Positions 1 through 10,099 of a stretch of DNA of 64,000 nucleotides are shown one piece after another (within the stretch, counting starts at the first letter, position 1; each line of letters opens with the position of its first letter). The DNA is from an uncultured Methanosarcinaceae archaeon (GTDB taxonomy: Archaea > Halobacteriota > Methanosarcinia > Methanosarcinales > Methanosarcinaceae). Under the pieces are notes generated by a model. That model saw only the letters and a list, made by a program, of their open reading frames with translations. It ran no database searches and was not told where the DNA came from. The position numbers and the translations under genes are program-made. The stretch is taken from positions 1,024,001 through 1,088,000 of the forward strand of contig CAWJYV010000008.1 of the NCBI GenBank assembly GCA_963847185.1. Direction: 5' to 3'.

Positions 1-1
1 C

Positions 2-1168
2 GTAGAAAGTGTTATCGGAATCTTTTCAGGAATCAGAATCTGCTTTGACAAGCAGAGAAGTATCAGAAAGCTTGAGGAACAGATAGCTTCCGGCAGGACT
101 TCAATAAAAGCTTACGAAACAAAGGTATCCGGGATTTTGCAGGAATGCAGCCGTTCAGTATCAGGGGTTTCTTTTGACACGGAAGTTGAAAAACTCCGTT
201 TAGACCTTGAGCTTGAATCTGAAAGACTTAGAAATCTGGAACAGCTTAAATTAAAATCCAAAGAGCTGGAGATCGAAATTAAAAATACCCTGAACAGGCA
301 CGAGGGAGACAGAAAAGAACTTACAACCTTCCTGGCTGCAGGCTGGGCCGAAACCGAAGACCAATTTTTTGAAAATGCAAGAATCTGGGAGCAAAGTACC
401 GGACTCAAAAGCAGGATTTACGAGGCGGAACAGCAAATCAGGAGGATTTCAGGGGATGGGGAAAAGTATGAGGCTTTTGTTGAAGAGCTTCAGAACACGG
501 ATCCCATTACTCTGCAAGAAGAAAGACAGAGGCTTGAGGAATGCCTTAAAGACCTGGACCAGAAAATATCTGAAGAAATGGACAGCCGCGGAGCAATAAG
601 AAATCAGATCGAGCAGCTTGAACATGAAGACGGAGGTTCTTTAACCCGACTCATGAAAGAGGGTCTGCTTGAGGAACTTCACGAGAAATCAAGAGACTGG
701 GCATCCCTTGTGCTCGCAAGAAAAATACTTGAAAAAGCTGTTGAAGTTTACGAAAAAGAAAGGCAGCCTGCAGTTATTATTGAAGCTCAAGCTTTTTTCT
801 CAAAGATTACAGGGGGCAGATACGCGCGGATTTATTCTCCTCTTAATTCGTCTCAAATTTACGTTGAAGATAGAGAAGGCCGTCAGAAGACTGTTACAGA
901 GCTTAGCCGCGGGACAGCCGAACAACTTTATCTCTCGCTAAGATTTGGTTTTATAAGAGAGTTTGAAAGACATTCGGAACCTCTACCTATTGTTTTTGAT
1001 GACATACTTGTAAACTTCGATCCCGAACGCTGCAGCAAGACCTGTGAAGCTATAAAAGACCTGGCAACAACCAACCAGATTTTCTACTTTACCTGTCACC
1101 CCGAAACTGTAGATATGCTTTCAGAAAGATTCCCTGAATGCCGGGTCGTTGATCTTGATAAAATTTAA
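2..1168 (+). CDS. YhaN/Rad50-like SMC-type AAA ATPase, C-terminal part (5' end outside window)
   Basis: Frame is open from the window start. Long coiled coil followed by ABC signature LSRGTAEQLYL, Walker B PIVFDDILVNFD and H-switch YFTCH. Confidence 0.85.
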   Translation, partial: VESVIGIFSGIRICFDKQRSIRKLEEQIASGRTSIKAYETKVSGILQECSRSVSGVSFDTEVEKLRLDLELESERLRNLEQLKLKSKELEIEIKNTLNRHEGDRKELTTFLAAGWAETEDQFFENARIWEQSTGLKSRIYEAEQQIRRISGDGEKYEAFVEELQNTDPITLQEERQRLEECLKDLDQKISEEMDSRGAIRNQIEQLEHEDGGSLTRLMKEGLLEELHEKSRDWASLVLARKILEKAVEVYEKERQPAVIIEAQAFFSKITGGRYARIYSPLNSSQIYVEDREGRQKTVTELSRGTAEQLYLSLRFGFIREFERHSEPLPIVFDDILVNFDPERCSKTCEAIKDLATTNQIFYFTCHPETVDMLSERFPECRVVDLDKI

Positions 1169-1173
1169 AAAAC

Positions 1174-1280
1174 AAGTTTGAGAAATGAAGTTTGAGAAAG
1201 AAAGTTTGAAAAAGAAAGTTTGAAAAAGAAAGTTTGAAAAAGAAAGTTTGAAAAATGAGTTTGAAAAATGAGTTTAAAAA
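1174..1280. repeat. Tandem repeat, ~13-14 bp unit (aagtttgaaaaaga), ~8 copies
   Basis: Directly visible between convergent stop codons. Confidence 0.9.
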
Positions 1281-1316
1281 AAGCTCGATACGAACTGTGT
1301 AAAAGGAAAATAGGCC

Positions 1317-2045
1317 TCAGGCAGTTTTCAATAATTTTTCAAGTTTTTGAATTCTATTAAGCTGTTTGAAAAGATAACGGCTATAATCCAATTCTGAACC
1401 TATGGAATCCATTTTTACTTTGATTTTTTCCCTTGAAGGATGCATTATCCAGTTCCTGAATCTGTCAAGTCCGCCGAATTGTTCAATATCTCTGATTGAT
1501 AAATCATGTTCCTGCTTGAAGGAATCATAATTTTTTAGAGCTACCAGATAATCATAAAAACTGCACTCCTCAAAAACAGACATCTCATATTCTTTCTTTT
1601 GGATTCTGCATTTTGGCTTTGCAATCTTTATAAATTCAGCTTCAGACATTCTTTCTTTAAAGAAGAGCTTCATCTGGGTTTCCAACCTGTAAAGCAATAG
1701 ATAAAAGAATACTCTGACAGCGCCTTTTCTTAGATCTGCAGCAGTAATTATCCCTACAACATCAGCATGAATTACAAAAAAGAAAGAGCTTCTATCCAGC
1801 ATTTTGATTAAAGAGATTATATCCAGGTCTTTTGAAACTATTTTATCTGGCAAAATGTAGTATTCTTTTGAGTACCTGCTGTCAAAATATTTAATAATGC
1901 TTCCATCCTCATTTTTAACAGGAAAAATAGTTATCTCTTTGTGCAACTCAGAATCTTGAGGATAAAAATAGAAGTCATCTTTTGGAGTCATTATCTGTTC
2001 TACGGTTAAACCCCTGTGAATTTGCTCAAATATATCATCATTCAC
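1317..2045 (-). CDS. Hypothetical protein with degenerate CBS-domain pair
   Basis: 242-aa ORF with LTVEQIMTP and VVGIITAADL, typical CBS motifs. C-terminal RNWIMH resembles a HEPN-like Rx4H motif. Confidence 0.6.
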   Translation of the reverse strand: MNDDIFEQIHRGLTVEQIMTPKDDFYFYPQDSELHKEITIFPVKNEDGSIIKYFDSRYSKEYYILPDKIVSKDLDIISLIKMLDRSSFFFVIHADVVGIITAADLRKGAVRVFFYLLLYRLETQMKLFFKERMSEAEFIKIAKPKCRIQKKEYEMSVFEECSFYDYLVALKNYDSFKQEHDLSIRDIEQFGGLDRFRNWIMHPSREKIKVKMDSIGSELDYSRYLFKQLNRIQKLEKLLKTA

Positions 2046-2646
2046 TTAAAACACCTAATTTTACCGACATCATTTTGAAAGGAGTAGGTTTCTTAGCTTA
2101 AATAGTACATAATAATATGGTATCTCCGAGGCAGTACAGCAATTTCTTGATATGCCCATTGAAAAGAAATGATACTTAACTTTGCTAAATGTATTAATCT
2201 GATTAATTAAAGTCTTACAGATAGGATTGGATAGAATTTATATATTTTTAGTGCAAAGGATCTGGCAAGTGCTACTCATGGTAACAGTATAAAAAGGTAA
2301 ATGTTATTTATGCCTTTCAAAAGAGCAACTTTCCATAACTCATAATCAAAAGTTTAAAGTCTCTTCTTTTCAAATTGGACTTTCCAATAAGTCAGGCCTC
2401 AAGTCACAGGTACCTTTCCCTACCCAAGCATCTTTCTTCTAATCTGTTATTGGCTCACGAAGACTTTGGTAATGTCCAGGCCCAAATTCAAGATCAAAGA
2501 GTATGAAGAGAAGAGGAAAAAGGGAAAAGAATAGGAAAAGAAGGAAAATATACTGACAAGATCAGATATTAGGACGGGTATATAAATAGATTTCACTCAA
2601 AGAAAAGCTGAAGGTAGAGACATGTCTCCCCTTCCAGAGAAAAAAC

Positions 2647-3096
2647 TCAAGCACCACCGGATGCTCCACCAGAGGCTCCGCCTGATGCACCACCGGAACC
2701 ACCATAGACTACTCCACCAGTAGCTATACCAGACGAACCGCCGCCAGAAGCTCCGCCAGAAGCGCCACCGGAACCACCATAGACTACTCCACCAGTAGCT
2801 GCACCAGATAAACCGCCGCCAGAAGACCCACCACGAGCTCCAGCAGATGAACCACCGCCAGAAGACCCAGCAGTAGCTTCACCAGATGAGCCGCCGCCAG
2901 AAACCTCACCACGAGCTCCAGCAGATGAATCACAACAGACTATCCCACCAGTAGCTTCACCAGATGAACCGCTACCAAAAATAGGAACTTTAATAGATTC
3001 TGCACTTAATGTAGCAGCTGCCACTAACATAACAAAAAAGACTACTGTGGAGATGCACAGCACCCTTTTTATTCTGTCAATCGCTTGTTTTCTCAT
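2647..3096 (-). CDS. Secreted Gly/Ser/Ala-rich repeat protein 1
   Basis: ATG at 3096 preceded by GGGGATGG RBS. Signal peptide MRKQAIDRIKRVLCISTVVFFVMLVAAATLSA, then ~12-aa SGGGSSGxATGG repeats. Confidence 0.8.
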   Translation of the reverse strand: MRKQAIDRIKRVLCISTVVFFVMLVAAATLSAESIKVPIFGSGSSGEATGGIVCCDSSAGARGEVSGGGSSGEATAGSSGGGSSAGARGGSSGGGLSGAATGGVVYGGSGGASGGASGGGSSGIATGGVVYGGSGGASGGASGGASGGA

Positions 3097-3232
3097 TTGT
3101 CCATCCCCTATTATTTGACTTTTATACTTACCTTTTGAAAGCAAAGCGAATTGAGTTATAACTATTTACTGCGCCAAAGAAAAAGCTGGAGGTGGAGAAA
3201 ATCTCCCCTTCCTCCCCTTCCAGAGAAGAAAC

Positions 3233-4226
3233 TCAAGCGCCGCCAGAGGCTCCACCAGAGCCCGCCACGAGCGCCACCGGAACCGCCAGAACCGCCACCG
3301 GATGCTCCACCAGAAGCTCCACCGGAACCACCAAAGCCGCCGCCGCCGGAAGCACCACCAGAAGCTCCACCAGAACCGCCGGAACCGCCACCGGATGCTC
3401 CACCAGAAGCTCCACCGGAACCACCAAAGCCGCCGCCGCCGGAAGCACCACCAGAAGCTCCACCAGAACCGCCGGAACCGCCACCGGAGGCTCCACCAGA
3501 AGCTCCACCGGAACCACCAAAGCCGCCGCCGCCGGAAGCACCACCAGAAGCTCCACCAGAACCGCCGGAACCGCCACCAGATGCTCCACCAGAGGCTCCA
3601 CCGGAACCGCCAAAACCGCCACCACCTGAAGCACCACCAGAGGCTCCACCGGAACCACCAAAGCCGCCGCCACCAGATGCTCCACCAGAGGCTCCACCGG
3701 AACCACCAAAGCCGCCGCCGCCAGAGGCTCCGCCAGAAGCTCCACCGGAACCACCAAAGCGGCCACCAAAGCGGCCACCAAAGCGGCCACCGGGACCGCC
3801 ACCACCAGAAGCGCCACCAGAAGCTCCACCGGAACCGCCGAAGAAGCCGCCACCGCCAGAAGCGCCACCAGAAGCTCCACCGGAACCGCCGAAGAAGCCG
3901 CCACCGCCAGAAGCGCCACCAGAAGCTCCACCGGAACCACCAGGACCGCCACCGCCAGAAGCGCCACCAGAAGCTCCACCGGAACCACCAGGACCGCCAC
4001 CGCCAGAAGCGCCACCAGAAGCTCCACCGGAACCGCCAGGACCGCCACCGCCAGAAGCGCCACCAGAAGCTCCACCGGAACCGCCAGGACCGCCACCACC
4101 AGAAGCACCACCAGAGGCTCCACCGGATTGAGCACATACTGCCTCAGCTGCCACTGATATTACAAAAAAGGCTACTACGCAAAAGCACAGCATCTTTTTC
4201 ATTCTATCAAGCGTTTGTCTTCCCAT
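3233..4226 (-). CDS. Secreted Gly/Ser/Ala-rich repeat protein 2 (silk-like); apparent +1 frameshift near the 3' end (~3261)
   Basis: Signal peptide homologous to both neighbours, then ~16-aa (SGGA)2SGGGG(F/P)GG repeats. Removing one G near 3261 gives the ending ASGGA-stop at 3233, with the same downstream sequence as protein 1. Confidence 0.8.
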
Positions 4227-4661
4227 TTAATCACTCCCCATATATTGTTATTAGTTAGATACAATTTCAGATGGTAATTTTCGCTCAATTCCCGTTGGCA
4301 AATGCAACTCATAGATAAAGGCATAGATAATTTGTTACTCATTCATTTAGATATATTTTTTAAAGATTATTGAATTGACAAATCACATTTTTTGCTATTT
4401 GTTAAGCATTTGCACCCTACAGCAAGCGATTTCGAATTGTACCACTAAGTAATAACTATCCAGAATACATAATAACTTGAGAAATATAAATAAGAAACCA
4501 ATATTAATCAAAACAAGATGTTATTTAGTCTAGGTTTCCACATGTTGTTTAAAATCTATATAAATATAATATTTAAATATTAAAAAAGGAACATCATAAA
4601 GATGAAGAACGTCAACTTTAATCTACATAGCTAATCATAAAAATAAGCAGTAAAAGATGAT

Positions 4662-5894
4662 TTACTGCTCTGAAGACCCGCTAAATAACGAATCATCTGA
4701 CATATTTTTTCCGTTAATGTTTACGTCATTGCCTGAGACGGTATTACCGTTGCCTCCCATATTGACGCCATTGCCTGAGACGGTATTACCGTCGCCCCCA
4801 ATATTGACGCCATTGCCTGAGACGGTATTACCGTCGCCCTCCATATTGACGCTTTTACCGCCTACATCACCAGAAGTAGCACTGCCAACACTATTTCCAT
4901 TGCCTCTAATATTGATACCATCACCGCCTACGCCACCAGAAGTAGCACTGCCAACACTATTACCACTACCATCAATATTGACACCTTTACCTCCTACACC
5001 TCCAGAAGTAGCACTGCCAACACTATTATCACTGCCACCAATATTGATGCCGTCACCACCTACACCTCCAGAAGTAGCGCTGCCAGCAATATTACCGCTG
5101 CCACCAATATTGACACCTTTACCACCTACTCCACCAGTAGCTCCTCCGGAAGCACCACTGCCAATGACGTCACCAGAAACACCGCCTGTAGCACTGCCAG
5201 CAATATTGCCGCTACCTCCAATATTGGTTCCGTCGCCACCTACTCCACCAGTAGCTCCACCGGATGCACCACTGCCAATAACGTCGCCAGAGATACCGCC
5301 TGTAGCACTACCGGCAATATTACCGCTACCTCCAATATTTATACCTTTACCACCTACGCCACCGGTAGCTCCGCCGGATGCACCACTGCCAATAACGTCA
5401 CCAGAAACACCGCCTGTAGCACTACCAGCAATATTGTTTCGGCCACCAATATTGATGCCGTCGCCGCCTACACCACCGGTAGCTCCGCCGGATGCACCAC
5501 TGCCAATAACGTCGCCAGAGATACCGCCTGTAGCACTACCAGCAATATTGTTTCGACCATCAACATTGATACCTTTACCACCTACGCCACCGGTAGCTCC
5601 GCCAGATGCACCACTGCCAATAACGTCACCAGAGATACCGCCTGTAGCACTGCCAGCAATATTACCACTGCCACAAACATTGATACCTTTACCACTTACT
5701 CCACCAGTAGCTCCACCGGATGCACCACTGCCAATAACGTCACCAGAGATACCGCCTGTAGCACTGCCAGCAATATTACCGTGACCTTTAAAAGGAACTG
5801 CATTTACTGTTGCAGCTGTAACTGATATTACAAGAAAGGTCAATAGCAAAATAGCCAAAATCTTTTTTAATCCGTCAAACGTCTGCTTCCCCAT
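4662..5894 (-). CDS. Secreted Gly-rich repeat protein 3 (38-aa repeats, beta-solenoid-like)
   Basis: Signal peptide MGKQTFDGLKKILAILLLTFLVISVTAATVNA. Repeats GNIAGSATGGISGDVIGSGASGGATGGVGGKGINIGGS, shortening toward the C terminus. Confidence 0.85.
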   Translation of the reverse strand: MGKQTFDGLKKILAILLLTFLVISVTAATVNAVPFKGHGNIAGSATGGISGDVIGSGASGGATGGVSGKGINVCGSGNIAGSATGGISGDVIGSGASGGATGGVGGKGINVDGRNNIAGSATGGISGDVIGSGASGGATGGVGGDGINIGGRNNIAGSATGGVSGDVIGSGASGGATGGVGGKGINIGGSGNIAGSATGGISGDVIGSGASGGATGGVGGDGTNIGGSGNIAGSATGGVSGDVIGSGASGGATGGVGGKGVNIGGSGNIAGSATSGGVGGDGINIGGSDNSVGSATSGGVGGKGVNIDGSGNSVGSATSGGVGGDGINIRGNGNSVGSATSGDVGGKSVNMEGDGNTVSGNGVNIGGDGNTVSGNGVNMGGNGNTVSGNDVNINGKNMSDDSLFSGSSEQ

Positions 5895-6558
5895 TAGCCA
5901 CACCATCTAAATTCTTACTAAAATTTTTCAATTTTAAAACTGTTTTTTTTCGCATTAATTTCTCAATTTGCATCATTGCAACTAATCTGACCCGCATTCT
6001 AGTTTACTTGCAAGAAATAAACGAAAAGTACTGCGAAAAAAAGATCAGATGCAAACAAGCAAATGTCTAGAATCTCATATTTTATTGGAAATTAAGGACA
6101 TTATTACTCATAATATCAATATATATTCGAATAAATTTTTTATTTTTTTATATTTTGTTTATATTTTAAGATTAATTTACTTAATAAATAAAAGAATTAA
6201 ATAAATTAATCAAAAAATTTTATTTTTATTGATAATAGACAAAATATCTAAATTATATAAGATGTATAGAAAAGAATATACTTAATTTTAATAATGTTTA
6301 AAAAAGTTTTTACTAAATTATTTTGTATAAAAATAGTCAAATGTAACCTGGTGGATTTGTACCAAAATGATGAAACTTGCTCTACTCGTAAAGAGCAGTT
6401 CTAGAACTTCTCAGAACGTTTTTTCTGAACATTTATTCCTAAAAATATATGCCCTTAGAAAAGAAACGATACTATAATTGCCAAATATGCTTTTAATAAG
6501 ATTTGAATCCATTCGAACGGAATATTAAATACATTTTTAAGTTGGGGGTATCAGGAAA

Positions 6559-6963
6559 ATGTTATTAATGGACATAGTAATGTGGGAACCGAAAGACTCC
6601 GAAAAAGTCGCGGAGCTCTATGCGAATTATAAATATCCGGAGAATATAAAAGTGCTCAATGAATGGTTTGACCTTACGGGATACCGCTTTTTCATAATTT
6701 ACGAAACTGATGACGAAAAAGCGTATGCATCTTCGGTTCTTCCTTTTATGGGATCCTGCTGGTTTGAAACATTTCCGGTTATGAAAGCAGAAGAATATAT
6801 CCAGCTAGCTCAGAAGCTGACTGAAGAAATGGGAGTTAAAAAAACCGGATCTGAAGAGACCAAGGGGTCTACAGGAGAAGTCCTGGAGCAAATTGAAAAT
6901 CTTGAAAAAAGAGTCGAACGTCTGGAACATCACTCCTTTGTCCAGCAGGAAGATACGACCTGA
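6559..6963 (+). CDS. DUF3303-family protein with C-terminal coiled coil
   Basis: WEP...YP..IKVL.EWFDLTG.R.F.IYE pattern of archaeal DUF3303 proteins. Confidence 0.7.
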   Translation: MLLMDIVMWEPKDSEKVAELYANYKYPENIKVLNEWFDLTGYRFFIIYETDDEKAYASSVLPFMGSCWFETFPVMKAEEYIQLAQKLTEEMGVKKTGSEETKGSTGEVLEQIENLEKRVERLEHHSFVQQEDTT

Positions 6964-7321
6964 AGATCTTCAAAACACGGTTAAGAATCGGACCTTAAGG
7001 GCCGATTGGATCTTAAGGCCCAGATTCACGAAAAACCTGGCATTAATGAAGCATATCAATTTTTCTTCTATTATTTTATCATTTAAAAGAGAACCAGATG
7101 AATAATAATAAAACAATAACTTTACATAGAATATTGTACATTCAAAAAGATGATCATTGCAGCCATTTTATAATAAGTTGAATTTCACTGGACAGATTTT
7201 TTATTCCTGATTTTTTGATTGATGGCTGTCAATTGTCAGCGAAATCAACCCTAAATTTTGACTATCCCAGAATAGATTAAAGAATCTAAAAGGGAAAAAT
7301 TGGATAAATTGGAGGAGTAGG

Positions 7322-7819
7322 ATGAATAAACAATATTTACCATTTTTTGCTGCAATTATTATTGCGCTTCTAGTAATTGCACCGGGCATTGCAGGGGCAG
7401 ATTCTAAGACTCAGTTTAGTTGCCCAACCGGATATCAGAATGTGACTGCCATTCAAGCTGAAAAAATTCTCGAAAAAGGAAATGTCTACCTTCTTGACGT
7501 TCGTATCCCTGCTGAATACAACTATACGCATATAGAAGGAGCAAAATTGATACCATTAAGAAATGCTTTCGGGTCAAACTTAAATCCAAGTACATTTTTG
7601 GAAAACAGGACAGTTGAATTGCCAAAGAACAAGAACACAAAGATAGTTGTTTACTGCAAGAGTGGAACCAGAAGTGCTCCAGCATGCGATTTCCTGGTAA
7701 AAATCGGTTACAAAAAGGTCTATAACATGCAGGGTGGCATTACTGAATGGGTAAAGACAGGATATCCGGTTATAGTGGACCCTACTTTCTGGACAGCTAA
7801 TTACCCGACAAAAGCATAA
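7322..7819 (+). CDS. Exported rhodanese-like domain protein
   Basis: Signal peptide; LLDVR..EY..HIEGA, active-site loop VYCKSGTRS, NMQGGITEW; GGAG RBS. Confidence 0.9.
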   Translation: MNKQYLPFFAAIIIALLVIAPGIAGADSKTQFSCPTGYQNVTAIQAEKILEKGNVYLLDVRIPAEYNYTHIEGAKLIPLRNAFGSNLNPSTFLENRTVELPKNKNTKIVVYCKSGTRSAPACDFLVKIGYKKVYNMQGGITEWVKTGYPVIVDPTFWTANYPTKA

Positions 7820-8209
7820 CAACATAGGCAATATTTTAGACTGAATTTAGACTGTATTAACTGTATCAACTGACTTAAACGGATTTTCAAATTCAGAAGG
7901 CGCATTTAACTCAGACTAATATGCATCTAATTGGTATTTATGTACAAATACTAAGTAGAACGATATCAATAGCCAACTCAGCTATAATTTAATCGGTTAA
8001 CTTTTGGTAACGATTTCTTTAACGTTGGTTATTGACTAATTTTTTCAGTTATTCGTATTTAGCCATCAAAAATTTTGAAAATTCAAGGAATCTCTTTGAG
8101 AACTCAAGAAATAATCACGAAATGACAGACATTTCTAAATTACGAAGACTCATAATTGAGAATCTCATGAAAAGAATTCGAGGATATGAACCATAATCAC
8201 GTATGGAGT

Positions 8210-8707
8210 TTATTTTTCAAGAGCGCTTTCAAACCTTTCCTGATTCATCCGGTAGATGTGCCACCCTTCTACAGGGCTTCCCCCCAGGTATTCATAGAAC
8301 TCTCTTGCAGGGTTCCAGTCAAGAACTGCCCATTCCATCCTTCCGCAGTTCCTTTCTTTTGCCAGCTTTACGCAGTGCAGGAACATTGCCTTTCCTATTC
8401 CTTTTCCGCGAAACTCTGGCTTTACAAAAATATCTTCAATATAAAGGCCCTGTTTCCCTACAAAAGTAGAGAAATTATGGAAAAAGACCGTAAAACCTGC
8501 AGGAACCCCCTCCAGTTCAGCAAAAAAAACCTCAGCATAGGGCTTCTCGCCGAACATGGATTTCATCAGGCTTTCTTCGGTTGCTGTAACCAGATGGGAA
8601 AGGTTTTCAAACTCGGCAATGCCTTTGACGAACTCAAGAATTAGAGGAACGTCTTTTTTCTCTGCAGTGCGAATCTTTAAACCGGTATTTATTTCAGTCT
8701 CTGCCAT
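8210..8707 (-). CDS. GNAT N-acetyltransferase (diamine acetyltransferase-like)
   Basis: LYIEDIFVKPEFRGKGIG acetyl-CoA motif and MEWAVLDWNPA. Confidence 0.9.
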   Translation of the reverse strand: MAETEINTGLKIRTAEKKDVPLILEFVKGIAEFENLSHLVTATEESLMKSMFGEKPYAEVFFAELEGVPAGFTVFFHNFSTFVGKQGLYIEDIFVKPEFRGKGIGKAMFLHCVKLAKERNCGRMEWAVLDWNPAREFYEYLGGSPVEGWHIYRMNQERFESALEK

Positions 8708-9011
8708 TTTTTATTCCTTTTTGAGTTGATAAGTTAAGATGATCATAGTAGAATTAATAATGGAATAATAATGGAATTGATAGATTGATTTTCGGTAGAT
8801 TGATTTTCCTCGATTTCATGCCACAAGTTATAATGAGGTTGAATTAATTAACCTGATTTCGAGCTTCAATTTATGATGAGGCAAATTAGTTTTCATTTCA
8901 CACTGCAAGTACATAAGTGCTGTTAGCTTAAAGATAGTCTTTAATTTAATTTATAGAAACAGATGTATTAATAATAAATAAATTCAAAGCCAAATCAAAG
9001 TTTTGTTTAAA

Positions 9012-9941
9012 ATGCTTAGTCAAGAAGATTTCAAACCAGTCACACTTGCCGACAGGGCCTTTTTCGAACGCCATTACGCGCTCTACCCGCAAACCCATAG
9101 CGACAATAATTTCACAAACATGGTCTGCTGGAGCCATTTTACTCAGTACAGCTATGCATATGTGGAAGGAAGTGTAATTCTTGCTTGCTCAACCCCCAGA
9201 GGGACCCGATTCCACCCTCCGATAGGCCCTCGTGATCCTGCACTTATGAAGGCTCTTATACAACTGGCGCTGGAAGTAGGAGACAATGATAAGCCCCTTA
9301 TAATCATCGACCCTGATACCGCAAAGTGGATAAAGGAAATCGATCCTGAACTTGTACTGGTTCCTAACCTGACCCGTTTCGAGTATGTGTACAGGACTTT
9401 AGACCTTACTAAACTCTCTGGAAAGAAATATCTTAAGATCCGGGGCCAGATCAACAGATTCCGGAAGAATTACCAGCACACAATAGAACAGGTAACTCCA
9501 GAAAATCGGGAAGAGATAATGGATTTTCTGGAAAAGTGGTGTGAGAGCAAAAGGTGCGAGGACGATTTTGTCCTTGCTCACGAAGTAGAGGCGATCTTTT
9601 ACGCAATAGAGCACTTCACAGAACTTCCCCTGCAGGGCCTATTGATCCGGGTCGATTCGAAGGTAGGTGCAATTTCTCTTTTCGAGCTTTTCAACGAAAA
9701 TACAGCCTTAATCCATTTTGAGAAAGGGCTCCCTGAATATGAAGGGATTTACAAGGTCATCAACACAGAAACAGCAGCTTTTCTTGCAGATAAGGTGGAA
9801 TACATAAACCGAGAAAGCGATCTGGGAATCAGCGGACTTCGAAAAGCAAAGCTGAGGTATCATCCGCACCACATGGTAAAAGTATATTCACTCAAACGTA
9901 GAACTTCTCCTTCCTTAACAGAAAATCCTTTTCACCTGTAA
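9012..9941 (+). CDS. DUF2156 / phosphatidylglycerol lysyltransferase-like GNAT domain protein
   Basis: YVY....L..L.GKKY, HFEKG, YINRESDLGISGLRKAKLRYHP motifs. Confidence 0.85.
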   Translation: MLSQEDFKPVTLADRAFFERHYALYPQTHSDNNFTNMVCWSHFTQYSYAYVEGSVILACSTPRGTRFHPPIGPRDPALMKALIQLALEVGDNDKPLIIIDPDTAKWIKEIDPELVLVPNLTRFEYVYRTLDLTKLSGKKYLKIRGQINRFRKNYQHTIEQVTPENREEIMDFLEKWCESKRCEDDFVLAHEVEAIFYAIEHFTELPLQGLLIRVDSKVGAISLFELFNENTALIHFEKGLPEYEGIYKVINTETAAFLADKVEYINRESDLGISGLRKAKLRYHPHHMVKVYSLKRRTSPSLTENPFHL

Positions 9942-10099
9942 AAAAGGGTTAAAAAAGTAAGAATAGAAAAAAGAGAAAGAGTTGAAAGAAAAAAAAGTTA
10001 TGAGAAAAGATTGAAAAAGAAGAGGTTATGAGAAAAAATTGAAAAAGAAAAGGTTATAAAAACTCATTTTTCCTTTAAAACTTATTCTTCCTTTAAAAC

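Noticed and set aside
2647-4226. Gly/Ser-rich proteins as microcin B17-like RiPP precursors
   Set aside because: They have Sec-type signal peptides and are long, and no YcaO, dehydrogenase or transporter gene is nearby.
3151-5784. Pro-rich, His/Gln/Arg-rich and Trp-rich long ORFs overlapping the Gly-rich genes
   Set aside because: Shadow frames of stop-poor GGN/TCN repeats. Only the Gly frame has an RBS, a signal peptide and third-position variation.
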